A stretch of 64,000 bases of DNA from positions 2,149,857 to 2,213,856 of the forward strand of contig OZ245815.1 of NCBI GenBank assembly GCA_965228425.1, written 5' to 3'. Of this stretch, positions 48,991-59,119 are shown in pieces. The position numbers were made by a program, and so were the translations under genes. Under the pieces are notes generated by a model. That model saw only the letters and a program-made list of their open reading frames with translations, made no database searches and was not told where the DNA came from. Numbering within the stretch: position 1 is the first letter of the stretch; every line of letters begins with the position of its first letter. Source of the DNA: Alphaproteobacteria bacterium (GTDB lineage Bacteria; Pseudomonadota; Alphaproteobacteria; UBA8366).

Positions 48991-50274
48991 ATGCCCGCAC
49001 TCGCGCTTACCCTATTCGGACTGCTTTTCATCGGCGTTCCCATTGGGATTGCGTTGGCCGGCGCCACCGGCATCATGGTGCTGTTCGATGACTTTCTGTC
49101 CTACAGCACCCTGTTCGAAGCCTTTTTCATCTTCATCAGCAAATATACGCTGATCGCCATTCCATTCTTTATCTATGCCGGATTCTTGATGGAGAAAACG
49201 GGTCTTGTGCGGGGCCTGTTCGATCTCGCGGACGCGATGATCGGCTGGGTGCCAGGCGGTTTCGCTTATGCCACGTTGATCGCTGCCGTTCTGTTCGGCG
49301 CAATTTCCGGGTCGTCGACCGCCATGGCCGCCGCGATGAGCGTCATCGCCTATCCGGAAATGGTCAAGCGCGGGTACCCTAAATGGATGGCGGCAGGTGT
49401 AATCGCCTCGGCCGGGGGCATCGCCCTGCTGATCCCGCCCAGTATCACGCTGATCCTGTTCGGCGTTATCACCGAAATCTCGATCGTCGATCTGTTCTTC
49501 GCCGGCGTCGTTCCGGGAATCATGCTGGCGATGAGTGACGCGGTCATTATCGTTACGGTTTCGATCTTCTTTGCGAAGCTGCCGGCGGGCACTTTCGACG
49601 CCCGCAAATGCTGGAGCGCCTTCGTGCATGCCCTCCCGGCTCTATTGATGCCCGTGTTGGTGCTGGGCGGTCTCTATGGCGGCCTCTTCACGCCGACCGA
49701 AGCCGGTGCGGCGGCTGCCTTTTATGCCCTTTCCTACGGTGTTTTGTTCAAGCGAAAGGAATTCTTGAAGGAACTGATGCCGACGACCCGCCGCACGATG
49801 AATCTTACGGCAATCGTATTTTTCCTTTTGGGCTGTGTCGGAATCTTCCAATTCTTCCTGGCCAACATGGGCTGGCCGCAAGAGATAGCTGCCTGGGCAG
49901 GATCGCTGGGGCTTTCAAAGCACGGCTTCCTGATCTTTCTTATGATCACCTTGCTGCTGCTCTCGATGTGGCTGACCGGCGTTGCCATTCTGGTGCTCAC
50001 CGTGCCGATCTATTTCCCCGTCGCTCTGTCGCTCGGGGTCGATCCGATCCATTTGGGAATTTTGACGGCGCTCTGCATCGAGATCGGCAGCGTGATACCA
50101 CCGGTCGGGCTGAATCTGTTTGCTGTCAGCGGGGTGACGGGGCTTCCGGTAACGCAAGTGATACGCGGATCCTTCCCGTTCTGCATATCCGATACGGTCG
50201 TGCTGTTCATCGTGCTGTTCTTCCCGATGCTGGCCCTGTGGCTGCCAAGTTTGCTGATTACCTCGCACTTCTGA
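48991..50274 (+). CDS. dctM: TRAP transporter large permease DctM
   Basis: LIAIPFFI, ISGSSTA, LIPPSI, FTPTEA, GVDPIHLG and PPVGLNLF. Confidence 0.93.
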   Translation: MPALALTLFGLLFIGVPIGIALAGATGIMVLFDDFLSYSTLFEAFFIFISKYTLIAIPFFIYAGFLMEKTGLVRGLFDLADAMIGWVPGGFAYATLIAAVLFGAISGSSTAMAAAMSVIAYPEMVKRGYPKWMAAGVIASAGGIALLIPPSITLILFGVITEISIVDLFFAGVVPGIMLAMSDAVIIVTVSIFFAKLPAGTFDARKCWSAFVHALPALLMPVLVLGGLYGGLFTPTEAGAAAAFYALSYGVLFKRKEFLKELMPTTRRTMNLTAIVFFLLGCVGIFQFFLANMGWPQEIAAWAGSLGLSKHGFLIFLMITLLLLSMWLTGVAILVLTVPIYFPVALSLGVDPIHLGILTALCIEIGSVIPPVGLNLFAVSGVTGLPVTQVIRGSFPFCISDTVVLFIVLFFPMLALWLPSLLITSHF

Positions 50275-50394
50275 TCCGGCGGCTGCCGTCATTCCGCCGG
50301 AATGATGCGGTCGGAGCGTTTGCGGTAAACTGTCGTTAACCGCGCGGAGGTATTTTCGGCGCGGTCTTGCTGGAACCTGCGCCGGGGATCGGGA

Positions 50395-51996
50395 TTGCGT
50401 ACCGAAACGATCGACGATCTGTTTGCCCGCTACGGGCCGTCCTACCGGATATTCGTAACCGTCGGTGCGATGGTCGCATCCTTCACTATGGTGTTGAGTG
50501 CCACGATCGTGAATGTCGCGGTGCCGGAGGTGATGGGTGCCTTCGGTGTCGGGCAAGACGAAGCGCAGCTCATGGCGACGGCGTTCATCGCCACCATGAC
50601 CGCGAGCCAGCTCCTGAATGCGTGGTTCGTCTCTGCCTTCGGGCCGCGCATGACATTCTTGATCGTGCTGACGATCTTTACGGCCGGATTGTTGATCGCC
50701 GGTTTCGGGCCGAACCTCGACATCATCGTCGTCGGGCGGGTGTTGCAGGGATTCGCTGCCGGTGTGATCCAACCGTTGGCCATGGTGACCGTTGTGCAGG
50801 TGTTTCCCGCCAACCGGCGCGGCGTGGCGGTCGGCATCTTCGGCGTCGGGCTGATGCTCGCGGTTGGGGCCGGACCCGTGGTCGGCGGCATCGCCATCGA
50901 TACGCTGACCTGGCGCGCAATATTCTTCGTTACGCTGCCGCTGGTCATTCTCGCGATGTTCCTCGGCACCATATTCATGCCCAATCCGAAACGGGAGGGC
51001 GGCCGCGTCCCGTTCGATTGGACCAGCTACATCCTGTTGTGCACGGCATTGTTCTGCCTCATCTCGGCGGCCACGAACGGTCAGCGTGACGGTTGGACGT
51101 CGAATGAAATCCTTATCCGGGTCGCCATCGGTATCGCCGCTGCGGCTGGCTTCGTGCGCATGCAGATGCGGGACGGCCCGCGGCTGCTCGATTTCACGTT
51201 GCTCAAAAATCCGCAGTTCGCGTCGGCCGTCGTCGTCGGGTTTGTTTTTGGCATGGGCAACTTTGCGATGACCTATGCGATCCCGGTCTTCACTCAGATC
51301 GTGCAGGGATACACGGCGTCGCAAGCCGGGCTCGTATTGCTGCCGGCGAGTTTGATCCTGGTGGTTTTATTTCCGCTGGCGGGCCGACTCTCGGATCATG
51401 TGCCGTCGCAGTTTCCGATCATGGGTGGGCTGATCCTGTTTGCCGCCGGGGTTGCGCTGCTTGCGACCGCGGATGTCAACAGCACCTTCTGGACCGTTGC
51501 TTTGTTCGCGATCGTCGCGCGGGTCGGCATGGGGTTCATTAATCCCGCGTTAATGGCGTCGGCGCTGAACGCCTTGCCGCCCGAACGCCTGAATCAGAGT
51601 TCCGGCACGATCAACTTCTTTCGGCAGCTCGGCGGCGCCTGTGGCATTACGGTGTTGGTGGTTTTTCTTGAGATACGGACGCAATTCCATAGTGAGAACT
51701 TGGCAGCGACGCAGACCTCGGCGAACGCGGCGACGCGCGAATTGCTGGAGCAGGTGAAGCACCTTCTTTCGGCCGACGGTATTCCGGCAGCCATGTTGGA
51801 CCGGATGGCGCTGGATCATCTCGGCGCAATGATCGAGGCGCAGGCGAGCACGTTGGGCTTCCAAGACGGTTTCTGGCTTATCGCGGGCGTTTTCATCGCC
51901 GCACTCATTCCCGCCTGGATCCTCGGACGGGCGGAGAAACAACCGAAGAGGCCGGTGCACCCGGCGGGCCGGCCGGCGCCACAGGCGGGTGATTAG
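50395..51996 (+). CDS. DHA2-family MFS efflux transporter
   Basis: ATIVNVAVP, GRVLQGF, GPVVGG and NFFRQLGG; TTG start. Confidence 0.9.
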   Translation: MRTETIDDLFARYGPSYRIFVTVGAMVASFTMVLSATIVNVAVPEVMGAFGVGQDEAQLMATAFIATMTASQLLNAWFVSAFGPRMTFLIVLTIFTAGLLIAGFGPNLDIIVVGRVLQGFAAGVIQPLAMVTVVQVFPANRRGVAVGIFGVGLMLAVGAGPVVGGIAIDTLTWRAIFFVTLPLVILAMFLGTIFMPNPKREGGRVPFDWTSYILLCTALFCLISAATNGQRDGWTSNEILIRVAIGIAAAAGFVRMQMRDGPRLLDFTLLKNPQFASAVVVGFVFGMGNFAMTYAIPVFTQIVQGYTASQAGLVLLPASLILVVLFPLAGRLSDHVPSQFPIMGGLILFAAGVALLATADVNSTFWTVALFAIVARVGMGFINPALMASALNALPPERLNQSSGTINFFRQLGGACGITVLVVFLEIRTQFHSENLAATQTSANAATRELLEQVKHLLSADGIPAAMLDRMALDHLGAMIEAQASTLGFQDGFWLIAGVFIAALIPAWILGRAEKQPKRPVHPAGRPAPQAGD

Positions 51997-52014
51997 CGGC
52001 CAACAGTGATGTCG

Positions 52015-52359
52015 TTACGGGCGCGTCGCGTCTTGCAAATACTGGATGAGAATGCCGCGCTCCGCATCGTCATACCGCCCGTGGATGAAAAGATAGTCGT
52101 CGAGTGTTTCGACGGTCCAGACAGGGTCGGCCTTCTTCCAGACCATGCGATACGGAAACCCGTCCACGGCGCCGTAGCGGCGATTGAAGAGTCCTTCCAG
52201 GTGCGGACCCCGCTTCGCGGGTTCGTCGGCCCTTAGAGTATGGCAGTTTGCACAGTCGTTCCCGAAGAGCCCGCGTCCTTCGTTCTCAGCCTTGGCCGCA
52301 CTGATAGCGGTCAGAAAAATAACCAAAGATATTGAGAGTCGGAGCCCGCATGCGGTCAT
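52015..52359 (-). CDS. Class I c-type cytochrome (c2-like)
   Basis: Signal peptide, CANCH, GPHLEGL and WTVETLDDYL. Confidence 0.85.
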   Translation of the reverse strand: MTACGLRLSISLVIFLTAISAAKAENEGRGLFGNDCANCHTLRADEPAKRGPHLEGLFNRRYGAVDGFPYRMVWKKADPVWTVETLDDYLFIHGRYDDAERGILIQYLQDATRP

Positions 52360-52456
52360 GTTTTATCGGCCTCTATCCGTGTCGAATTCGGACAAGATAT
52401 CGGCTGGATCCCGGGCTTATGCCCTGATGTGGATCAAGATCGTGGCGGGCGAGACC

Positions 52457-52966
52457 TTAGAGGAGCCACGGCGTGAGGAATGTCGACAATAACCGGGCGC
52501 TGTCCTTGTCCGAATCCTCATACCAGCCTTCGCGATGGGTCGAATTCATGGTGCCGAGCACGGTGTCGCCGCGCCGGACGGGAACGTTGATAATCGAGCC
52601 GAGGCCGAGCGCGATGATCTTCTCATGGTCGTCGAAGGCACCGCGGATCGCATCGTTATCCCGGCCGAGGAAAATGTCACCGTCGATCAGGATCATGTCG
52701 GACCAGGGCGTCCCGCCTTTCTGTTTCCGACCGCCAACGGGATAGGACGCCGGATCGGAGCTGTAGACGCGTTCCAATTCCATGCTGTCGGGATTAAAGC
52801 GGGAAATCGTGAACAGCCGGTGGCCCATCGTACGGGCGACGACCGTATCGAGAACTGCGCAGAACGAAACCGCGTCCTTGGCCGCAAGACCGGCCTCGGC
52901 CAACTGAAGGCAATCGCCGATGGATAGCGGCGTCTTTGGCAGGTCGCTGCCGGTTGGATCGGGCAT
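52457..52966 (-). CDS. GAF domain-containing protein
   Basis: HRLFT...RVYSSDPASYPVGGRK...FDDHEKIIALGLGSIINVPV...LGTMN. Start placed at MPDPTG. Confidence 0.8.
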   Translation of the reverse strand: MPDPTGSDLPKTPLSIGDCLQLAEAGLAAKDAVSFCAVLDTVVARTMGHRLFTISRFNPDSMELERVYSSDPASYPVGGRKQKGGTPWSDMILIDGDIFLGRDNDAIRGAFDDHEKIIALGLGSIINVPVRRGDTVLGTMNSTHREGWYEDSDKDSARLLSTFLTPWLL

Positions 52967-53155
52967 TGGGGCTAATTTCTTGATGATGGTGTCTGTGTAA
53001 ATGGAAGGCCGGGACCCTAGCACTCCCGGGTAAGGGCAGGAAGGTCTCGGTATACGGGGAGGGGGGTGGACATATTGCCTTTTGACGCGGCCCGGGGCGT
53101 ACCCTAAACAAGGCGCGTCATGATCGAATTCGGATCGCACGAGAGGCACTGACCG

Positions 53156-54856
53156 GTGGCATCGACTGATTCAACATCCGCCGCTGCCGCCGTGCCGCAC
53201 ACGGGTCTGACGCTCGGGCATTTCGGCCTGCTTCTGCTCGTGTGCTTTTGTCTCTTCCTGCCGGGTTTCGCCGATCTGCCGTTGACCGATCGGGACGAAG
53301 CCCGGTTTGCGCAGGCGTCCCGCCAGATGCTCGATTCTGGCGATCTCATCAACATCACCTTCCAAGACCAGGCGCGCCACAAGAAACCGGTCGGGATTTA
53401 TTGGCTGCAATCGGGGAGCGCCTATCTATTCGCCAGCGATGGTGTACCCGCGGCCTGGCCGTATCGATTGCCGTCGCTGGTCGGCGCGATCATCGCGGTG
53501 TTTGCAACAGCATGGGTCGGGACGCTGCTTTTCGGCCAACTGGTCGGCATGTCCGCGGCAATTTTGCTGGCAGGCACCTTGCTGTTGGGCGTCGAGGCAA
53601 GGTTGGCCAAGACCGATGCCGTGCTGCTGGCGACCATCGTGGTCGCCCAGGCCGCGTTGGCGAAGGTTTATGTCCTAAAGAGTCAATCTCAGCCGGGCGC
53701 TTGGCCGGCCGTCTTCGCCTTTTGGCTGGCCGTCGGCGTCAGCATTCTGGTCAAGGGACCGATCATCTTCATGATCTGCGGTTTGACGATCCTGTACCTC
53801 GTCATCGCGGAGCGGGAGATTCGATGGCTCGGGATGCTGCGGCCGCTTATCGGTGTGCTGATCGCTGCGGTCGTCGTTTTACCATGGTTCATCGCGATTG
53901 CCGTCGAAACGGATGGTGCTTTCTTCAAAACCTCGCTCGGCGGCGACTTGTTGGCGAAGATCGGCACGGGCCAGGAATCGCACGGCGCGCCGCCGGGCTT
54001 CTATTTCATCGCCTTCTGGCCGACCTTCTGGCCGTTCTCCGTCGTCGCGGCACTTGCCGTGCCGTGGATTTGGAGCCGCCGCCGTGATCCGCAGGTCCGG
54101 TTCTGTCTCGCCTGGCTTCTGCCCAGTTGGATCGTGCTCGAATTGGTGGCGACGAAACTGCCGCACTACATCCTGCCGGTTTATCCGGCGCTCGCCATCC
54201 TCACGGCGGCGGCGTGGCGCGACGCTTTCGCGGGCGGGGGGCCGCGTCTGCGGAAATTATCGGCTTTCGTTGCCATGGTCGGGTTCGCCATTTGCGGCGT
54301 CATCCTGGCCGGGTTGTTCGCTGTCGGGACCGCGTTCCTGCAATCCGCCGTGAATGTCGCGGGTCTCGTTATGGCCGCCGTGACGCTGGCATTGCTGATT
54401 TACATGATCCTTTGGTGGCGCGGCAACGCGGAGCATGCCTTTAATCCCATGATCGCGTTGTTTGTTGGCGCGCTGGCTTTCAACGGCATCCTGTTTCACT
54501 TCTTTCTGCCGTCCCTTGATACGATTTGGCTGAGCAAGCGCAGCGCCGCGGCCTATGCGGAGACGCGCATCTGCCCCGATACGCGGCTCGCATCGGCGGG
54601 GTTAACGGAACCGAGCCTCGTCTTCCTAACGGGTACCGGCACGCGGCTCGGCAGTGCTGAGATGGTCGCGAAGCATCTACTGGACGATCCGGACTGCGCG
54701 ATGGGTCTGGTCGATCAGAAATCGGAAAAGCGTCTCTTGGCAGCGTTGGCGAAAGCGGGGAAGACGCCGCAAGCCATTCAGAAAATTTCGGGAGTGAATT
54801 ACGCTAGAGGCAAACGGCTTACCTTGACGCTCTATCGGCTCCCAAAAAGGGAGTGA
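53156..54856 (+). CDS. ArnT/GT39-like glycosyltransferase
   Basis: DRDEARFAQASRQM, KKPVGIYW, LVKGP and TKLPHYILP; many TM segments. Confidence 0.9.
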   Translation: MASTDSTSAAAAVPHTGLTLGHFGLLLLVCFCLFLPGFADLPLTDRDEARFAQASRQMLDSGDLINITFQDQARHKKPVGIYWLQSGSAYLFASDGVPAAWPYRLPSLVGAIIAVFATAWVGTLLFGQLVGMSAAILLAGTLLLGVEARLAKTDAVLLATIVVAQAALAKVYVLKSQSQPGAWPAVFAFWLAVGVSILVKGPIIFMICGLTILYLVIAEREIRWLGMLRPLIGVLIAAVVVLPWFIAIAVETDGAFFKTSLGGDLLAKIGTGQESHGAPPGFYFIAFWPTFWPFSVVAALAVPWIWSRRRDPQVRFCLAWLLPSWIVLELVATKLPHYILPVYPALAILTAAAWRDAFAGGGPRLRKLSAFVAMVGFAICGVILAGLFAVGTAFLQSAVNVAGLVMAAVTLALLIYMILWWRGNAEHAFNPMIALFVGALAFNGILFHFFLPSLDTIWLSKRSAAAYAETRICPDTRLASAGLTEPSLVFLTGTGTRLGSAEMVAKHLLDDPDCAMGLVDQKSEKRLLAALAKAGKTPQAIQKISGVNYARGKRLTLTLYRLPKRE

Positions 54857-54868
54857 GGCGGCCGCCGT

Positions 54869-55633
54869 ATGAGCATGCAATCCTCGATAAAACAGTCGGC
54901 CTGGTCCGACATGATGCAGGCGTTGAGTTGGCGCGATTGGCGGGTGCTGGCGGGTGTCGCTGCCATTGCGTTTCTGATGATTACGGTGGATGGGCCGTTA
55001 TCCTCCATGATGCGGGGAATCGACGGCGACGCGCGCCGGATCATCGATGTCCTGGCATCCTCCGGTAATTCGAAATATTCGCTTGTGCCGACTGGCGTTG
55101 CCGCGATTATCCTTATGGCGCTGTATTTTCTCGATGCCGCGTCCCGGCGCGCACGGTTCTACGCATGGCTGGCCGGTGCGTCCGGCTTCATCTTTGCTTC
55201 TATCGCGGTGTCTGGCATCGCCACGAATGTCGTGAAGATCCTGTTGGGGCGGGCGCGGCCTAATGTGGTCGAAGACCTGTCCTGGCCGCTGTTCCAGCCG
55301 ATCGCGACCAGCGGGGATTTCCATTCCTTCCCGTCGGGCCATGGAAATACGATTTTCTGTATCGCCATTGCGGTGGGCTTCTTCGCGCCTCGCCTACGGG
55401 CTCCGCTGCTGATCGTGGCGGCGGTCCTGGCATTCGGCCGTGTCCTTCAATTCAAGCATTTCATCAGCGATTCCGTCGGCGGCGCGGCCTTGGCGGCCCT
55501 CACGACGATCTGGCTGCGGCAGCTCTTCGCCCGCTGGAATATCGTGTTTAGGAAGCTGCCGGCGGGCCGCATCGGATTTACCGCCCCCGGGCGCATGCTA
55601 TTGGGCGGGGGCAGGGCGCAGGCGGATCAATAG
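54869..55633 (+). CDS. PAP2-family phosphatase (LpxE/LpxF-like)
   Basis: KILLGRARP, SFPSGH and GRVLQFKHFISD. Confidence 0.88.
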   Translation: MSMQSSIKQSAWSDMMQALSWRDWRVLAGVAAIAFLMITVDGPLSSMMRGIDGDARRIIDVLASSGNSKYSLVPTGVAAIILMALYFLDAASRRARFYAWLAGASGFIFASIAVSGIATNVVKILLGRARPNVVEDLSWPLFQPIATSGDFHSFPSGHGNTIFCIAIAVGFFAPRLRAPLLIVAAVLAFGRVLQFKHFISDSVGGAALAALTTIWLRQLFARWNIVFRKLPAGRIGFTAPGRMLLGGGRAQADQ

Positions 55634-55709
55634 CGTGTCCGGCCGATCGCCGAACCGTTCGCCGCCTGATTTTTCTTGGAAGAAAATAGGCCGGGTTGCG
55701 GCCTCAGCC

Positions 55710-55919
55710 TTAGAAGGTGCCGCTGCCCAGCCGTAAGATTTGATCGAAAGCCTTGTCGCGGGACCAATCCGGGTATACCGCCAACACCGCCTGGATGGCA
55801 GCGCTTGTCGCAACGTCGTAGGTTGCACCGACCTCGTCGGCTTCCCGATAAGCGCGATGAATAATGCGTGACAGATCCACGTCTGCCACGTCGTCCATTC
55901 GCAGTAACATATCCACCAC
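55710..55919 (-). CDS. Small hypothetical protein
   Basis: 69 aa with a helical, protein-like composition, in an otherwise empty interval. Confidence 0.45.
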   Translation of the reverse strand: MVDMLLRMDDVADVDLSRIIHRAYREADEVGATYDVATSAAIQAVLAVYPDWSRDKAFDQILRLGSGTF

Positions 55920-56274
55920 CCTACCTGGATTCGATTCCAGGCCATGAATTGTTCCTGAGCGTCAACTCTACTTGAATCCACCGATGCTTTGTATGACGCA
56001 AGCGAGACCTTCTTTAGGATAGAAGGCCCATAGTGATCTTTTCATCACAAGCGTTTGGGGTTTTGGATGCCGGGGCATTGTTTTTCTAGACAAACCGCGC
56101 TGTTTCGGGCCTGGCCTAGCCATTTTGAGTAACCCTAAAGATGCGAATTCGGTGCGCCTCCCTCCAAATGGATAGTCCGTATAGCCGGAAGAATTGCGCG
56201 GCCAACCGCGTTAACGTGACGGTGCAATCCAGCAAAAACGCAAACAAAGCTGGAACAAGGGACAGGTATCACCG

Positions 56275-56478
56275 ATGACCAGCGATCTCGCACGGCTCTC
56301 CGAACCCGACGTGAGTCCTTATCTGCAGCGGCCGCTTCGGACCTTTGCCCAAGCCTGCCGGGATATTGCCGAAACACGACAAGCGATCCGGAAAGCGCGG
56401 GCGGCGAACGCGAACGCGCCGATCCATCCCGTCGATCCGGCCAAGTCCCTGCGCCGTGGGTTTGGCCAGCCGGCCTGA
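56275..56478 (+). CDS. Small hypothetical protein
   Basis: 67 aa preceded by the purine-rich AAGGGACAGG; lies upstream of the amidohydrolase. Confidence 0.4.
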   Translation: MTSDLARLSEPDVSPYLQRPLRTFAQACRDIAETRQAIRKARAANANAPIHPVDPAKSLRRGFGQPA

Positions 56479-56524
56479 TCCCTCGCTCACGACAGAACTC
56501 CAGGCGGCGGCTATAGTTGGCCGT

Positions 56525-57745
56525 ATGGATCCCGACACCTCGCTTTATCTTCAGAATGTCCGTATCAGCGCCGACCGATCCGTAGGGATAACGGTGCGGG
56601 ACGGTGTAATTGCGTCGATAACCGACGGCCCACCTGAGAAGCCCTCCGATATTGCCGTCGTCGACGGGGCGAACGGGTTGGTTCTGCCAGCGCTGGTTGA
56701 CGGTCACATGCATGTCGACAAGACGCTCTTTGGGTTGCCTTGGCTGCCATATCCCGCCGGTCCGGACCGAGAGAGCCGGATCGAGACGGAAAAGGAATTG
56801 CGCGGCCAAATTTCCGTGCCGGTCGAAGAACGGGCGGCGGCACTCCTTCGGCAGGTCATCACGATGGGGACAGGGGCGCTCCGGACCCATGTGGATGTCG
56901 ATCTTCCAATCGGATTGGCCCATATGCATGCGGTTTTGGACCTGCGGGATCGTTTTAAGGGCTATCTCGACATGCAGATCGTCGCCTTCCCGCAGAGTGG
57001 TATTGCGCGGTGCCCGGGAATGACGGACTTGCTGGATGCCGCCGTCGCGGAAGGCGCCGACCTGGTTGGGGGGATCGATCCGATTGGATTGGACGAGGAC
57101 TTGCCGGCGCACTATGACGCCATGTTCGGGATTGCCGAGCGCCATGGTGTGGGCATCGATATCCACCTTCACGATGCCGGTCCGACCGGCGTGCAGGAGC
57201 TGGAGGCACTGATCGATCGCACGCGAGCCGTTGGGCTCGAAGGACAGGTGACGGCAAGTCACGCCTTTTGCGTCGGCGGCTGTGACGCGCCGACCTTCGA
57301 GCGCTTGGCCGCCGCGCTCGCCGAGACCCGGATTCCGATCGCGACCCATGGCGGCGGTGCGTCGCCGCTGCCGCCGGTGAAGAAACTGCGCGAGCGCGGT
57401 GCGTCGATATTCGCGGGCAACGACAACATTCGCGATACCTGGACGCCCTACGGCAATGGCGACATGTTGGAGCGCGCCATGCTGACCGCCTGGCGGTCCG
57501 GTTTCCGGACCGACGGTGATTTGGAAATCGCATTGGATTTGGCGAGCGGGGCCGGGGCCAAGGCGCTGGGCCTGGAAGGGCATGGTCTCGATGTCGGTTG
57601 CGCTGCCGATTTCTTCGTCGTCGACGCCGATACGCCCGCGCATGCCGTGGCGGACCGGCCGGTTCGGCGGTTGGTGTTTAAGCGGGGCCGGCTTGTGGCG
57701 CGGGACGGGGCGTTGACCGCCGACGCGGAAGCCGCGTTGGGCTAA
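56525..57745 (+). CDS. Amidohydrolase (cytosine deaminase/creatinine deaminase-like)
   Basis: DGHMHVDK, RTHVDV, AFPQSG, DIHLHD, ASHAF and GNDNIRD. Confidence 0.9.
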   Translation: MDPDTSLYLQNVRISADRSVGITVRDGVIASITDGPPEKPSDIAVVDGANGLVLPALVDGHMHVDKTLFGLPWLPYPAGPDRESRIETEKELRGQISVPVEERAAALLRQVITMGTGALRTHVDVDLPIGLAHMHAVLDLRDRFKGYLDMQIVAFPQSGIARCPGMTDLLDAAVAEGADLVGGIDPIGLDEDLPAHYDAMFGIAERHGVGIDIHLHDAGPTGVQELEALIDRTRAVGLEGQVTASHAFCVGGCDAPTFERLAAALAETRIPIATHGGGASPLPPVKKLRERGASIFAGNDNIRDTWTPYGNGDMLERAMLTAWRSGFRTDGDLEIALDLASGAGAKALGLEGHGLDVGCAADFFVVDADTPAHAVADRPVRRLVFKRGRLVARDGALTADAEAALG

Positions 57746-59091
57746 TCGTCGATCAGCGCTAGAACCTGATCAACCATTTCCGGCGCGACGCCTACATAGT
57801 TGGCCGGGTCGAGCATGGCGTCGATCTCTTTCTCGGAGAGATGGCCGCTGATCTCCGGATCGGCCAGCAGGACATCCCGCAACGTGGTGCTGCCGTCGGC
57901 GCAGCGGGCGCAGGCCTCGTAGACCACGTCATGCGCCTGGTTGCGGCCGATATGCGGCGCGAGCCCCATCATCACCGCCTCGGACATGATCAGCCCGTTG
58001 AGCATATCGAGATTGGCCCGCATGCGCTCTTCATCGACCACCAGGCCATCCAGAATCGACAGGGCGTTCTCGATCGCACCGCCGACGATGACGAAGGCTT
58101 CCGGCAGGATGGACCATTCCAGATGCATACCGCCGATGCTGCGTTCGTGATCCTGAACCATCGTGTCGAGGGCGAGCGCGACCTTCTCGCGCAGCATCCG
58201 TCCCGCCGCGACCAGCGGCTGACACAGGATGGGATTGCGCTTTTGCGGCAGGGTGCTGCTGGCCCCGCGGCCGGCGACGAAGGGTTCGCCGACTTCGCCG
58301 ACCTCGGTCGACATCAACGTACCGATTTCCTGGCCGATCTTGGCCAAAGTGGCGCCGACGAGACCCAGGAGCGATGTCGTCTCGGTCCAGGAATCGCGCG
58401 AGACATGCCAGGTAATCGGCGCCTCGGCGAGGTTGAGTTCCTTCATCGTTTCCCGCAGCACATCGAGCCCGCGGTCGCCCAACGTCGCGTTCGTGCCGAC
58501 CGCGCCGGCGATCTGTCCGACCGCCGCGCGCGGGCGGATTTCGACGAGGCGCTGGCGGTGGCGATGAATCTCCGCGAGCCAGATCGCGACCTTATAGCCG
58601 AAGGTGATGGGCGCGGCCTGCTGCCGCATCGTGCGGCCCGCCATGATCGTGGTGCGGTGCTTTCGCGCCAGTCCGGCGAGGACCGTCTCCACGTCGCCCA
58701 ACATCTCGTCCAACAGGTCGAGCCCGTCGCGGATCTGCATCGCCATGCCGGTGTCGATGACGTCCTGTGTCGTGCTACCCCAATGCACGTAGCGCGCGGT
58801 TTCCGGACTGACCGCCTTGGCCAGCTGATGCACGATCGGCAGGATCGGAAACCCGACCTTGTCGAATTCCGCTTTCATGGCTGGGATATCGATGAACTCG
58901 ACTTTGGCTCTTTCGCTGATTTCCGCCGCGGCGTCCTCTGGGATGATCCCCAGGCGCGCCTGCGCGCGGGCGAGCCCGGCTTCGAAGTCGAGCCAACCCT
59001 GAAAACGGGCTTCGTCGTCGAACAGCGCATGCATGCGATCGGAGCCGTACATGTCCCTGTAGTAGACGGAATCGATGATCGAAGTGGCCAT
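57742..59091 (-). CDS. Fumarase/aspartase-superfamily lyase (PcaB/CMLE-like)
   Basis: HWGSTTQD, GRTMRQQAAPITFG, the signature loop GASSTLPQKRNP and an ADSL_C-like tail. Confidence 0.85.
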   Translation of the reverse strand: MATSIIDSVYYRDMYGSDRMHALFDDEARFQGWLDFEAGLARAQARLGIIPEDAAAEISERAKVEFIDIPAMKAEFDKVGFPILPIVHQLAKAVSPETARYVHWGSTTQDVIDTGMAMQIRDGLDLLDEMLGDVETVLAGLARKHRTTIMAGRTMRQQAAPITFGYKVAIWLAEIHRHRQRLVEIRPRAAVGQIAGAVGTNATLGDRGLDVLRETMKELNLAEAPITWHVSRDSWTETTSLLGLVGATLAKIGQEIGTLMSTEVGEVGEPFVAGRGASSTLPQKRNPILCQPLVAAGRMLREKVALALDTMVQDHERSIGGMHLEWSILPEAFVIVGGAIENALSILDGLVVDEERMRANLDMLNGLIMSEAVMMGLAPHIGRNQAHDVVYEACARCADGSTTLRDVLLADPEISGHLSEKEIDAMLDPANYVGVAPEMVDQVLALIDD

Positions 59092-59119
59092 GATGCGAAA
59101 TCCTCGAGAATGAGTTCGG

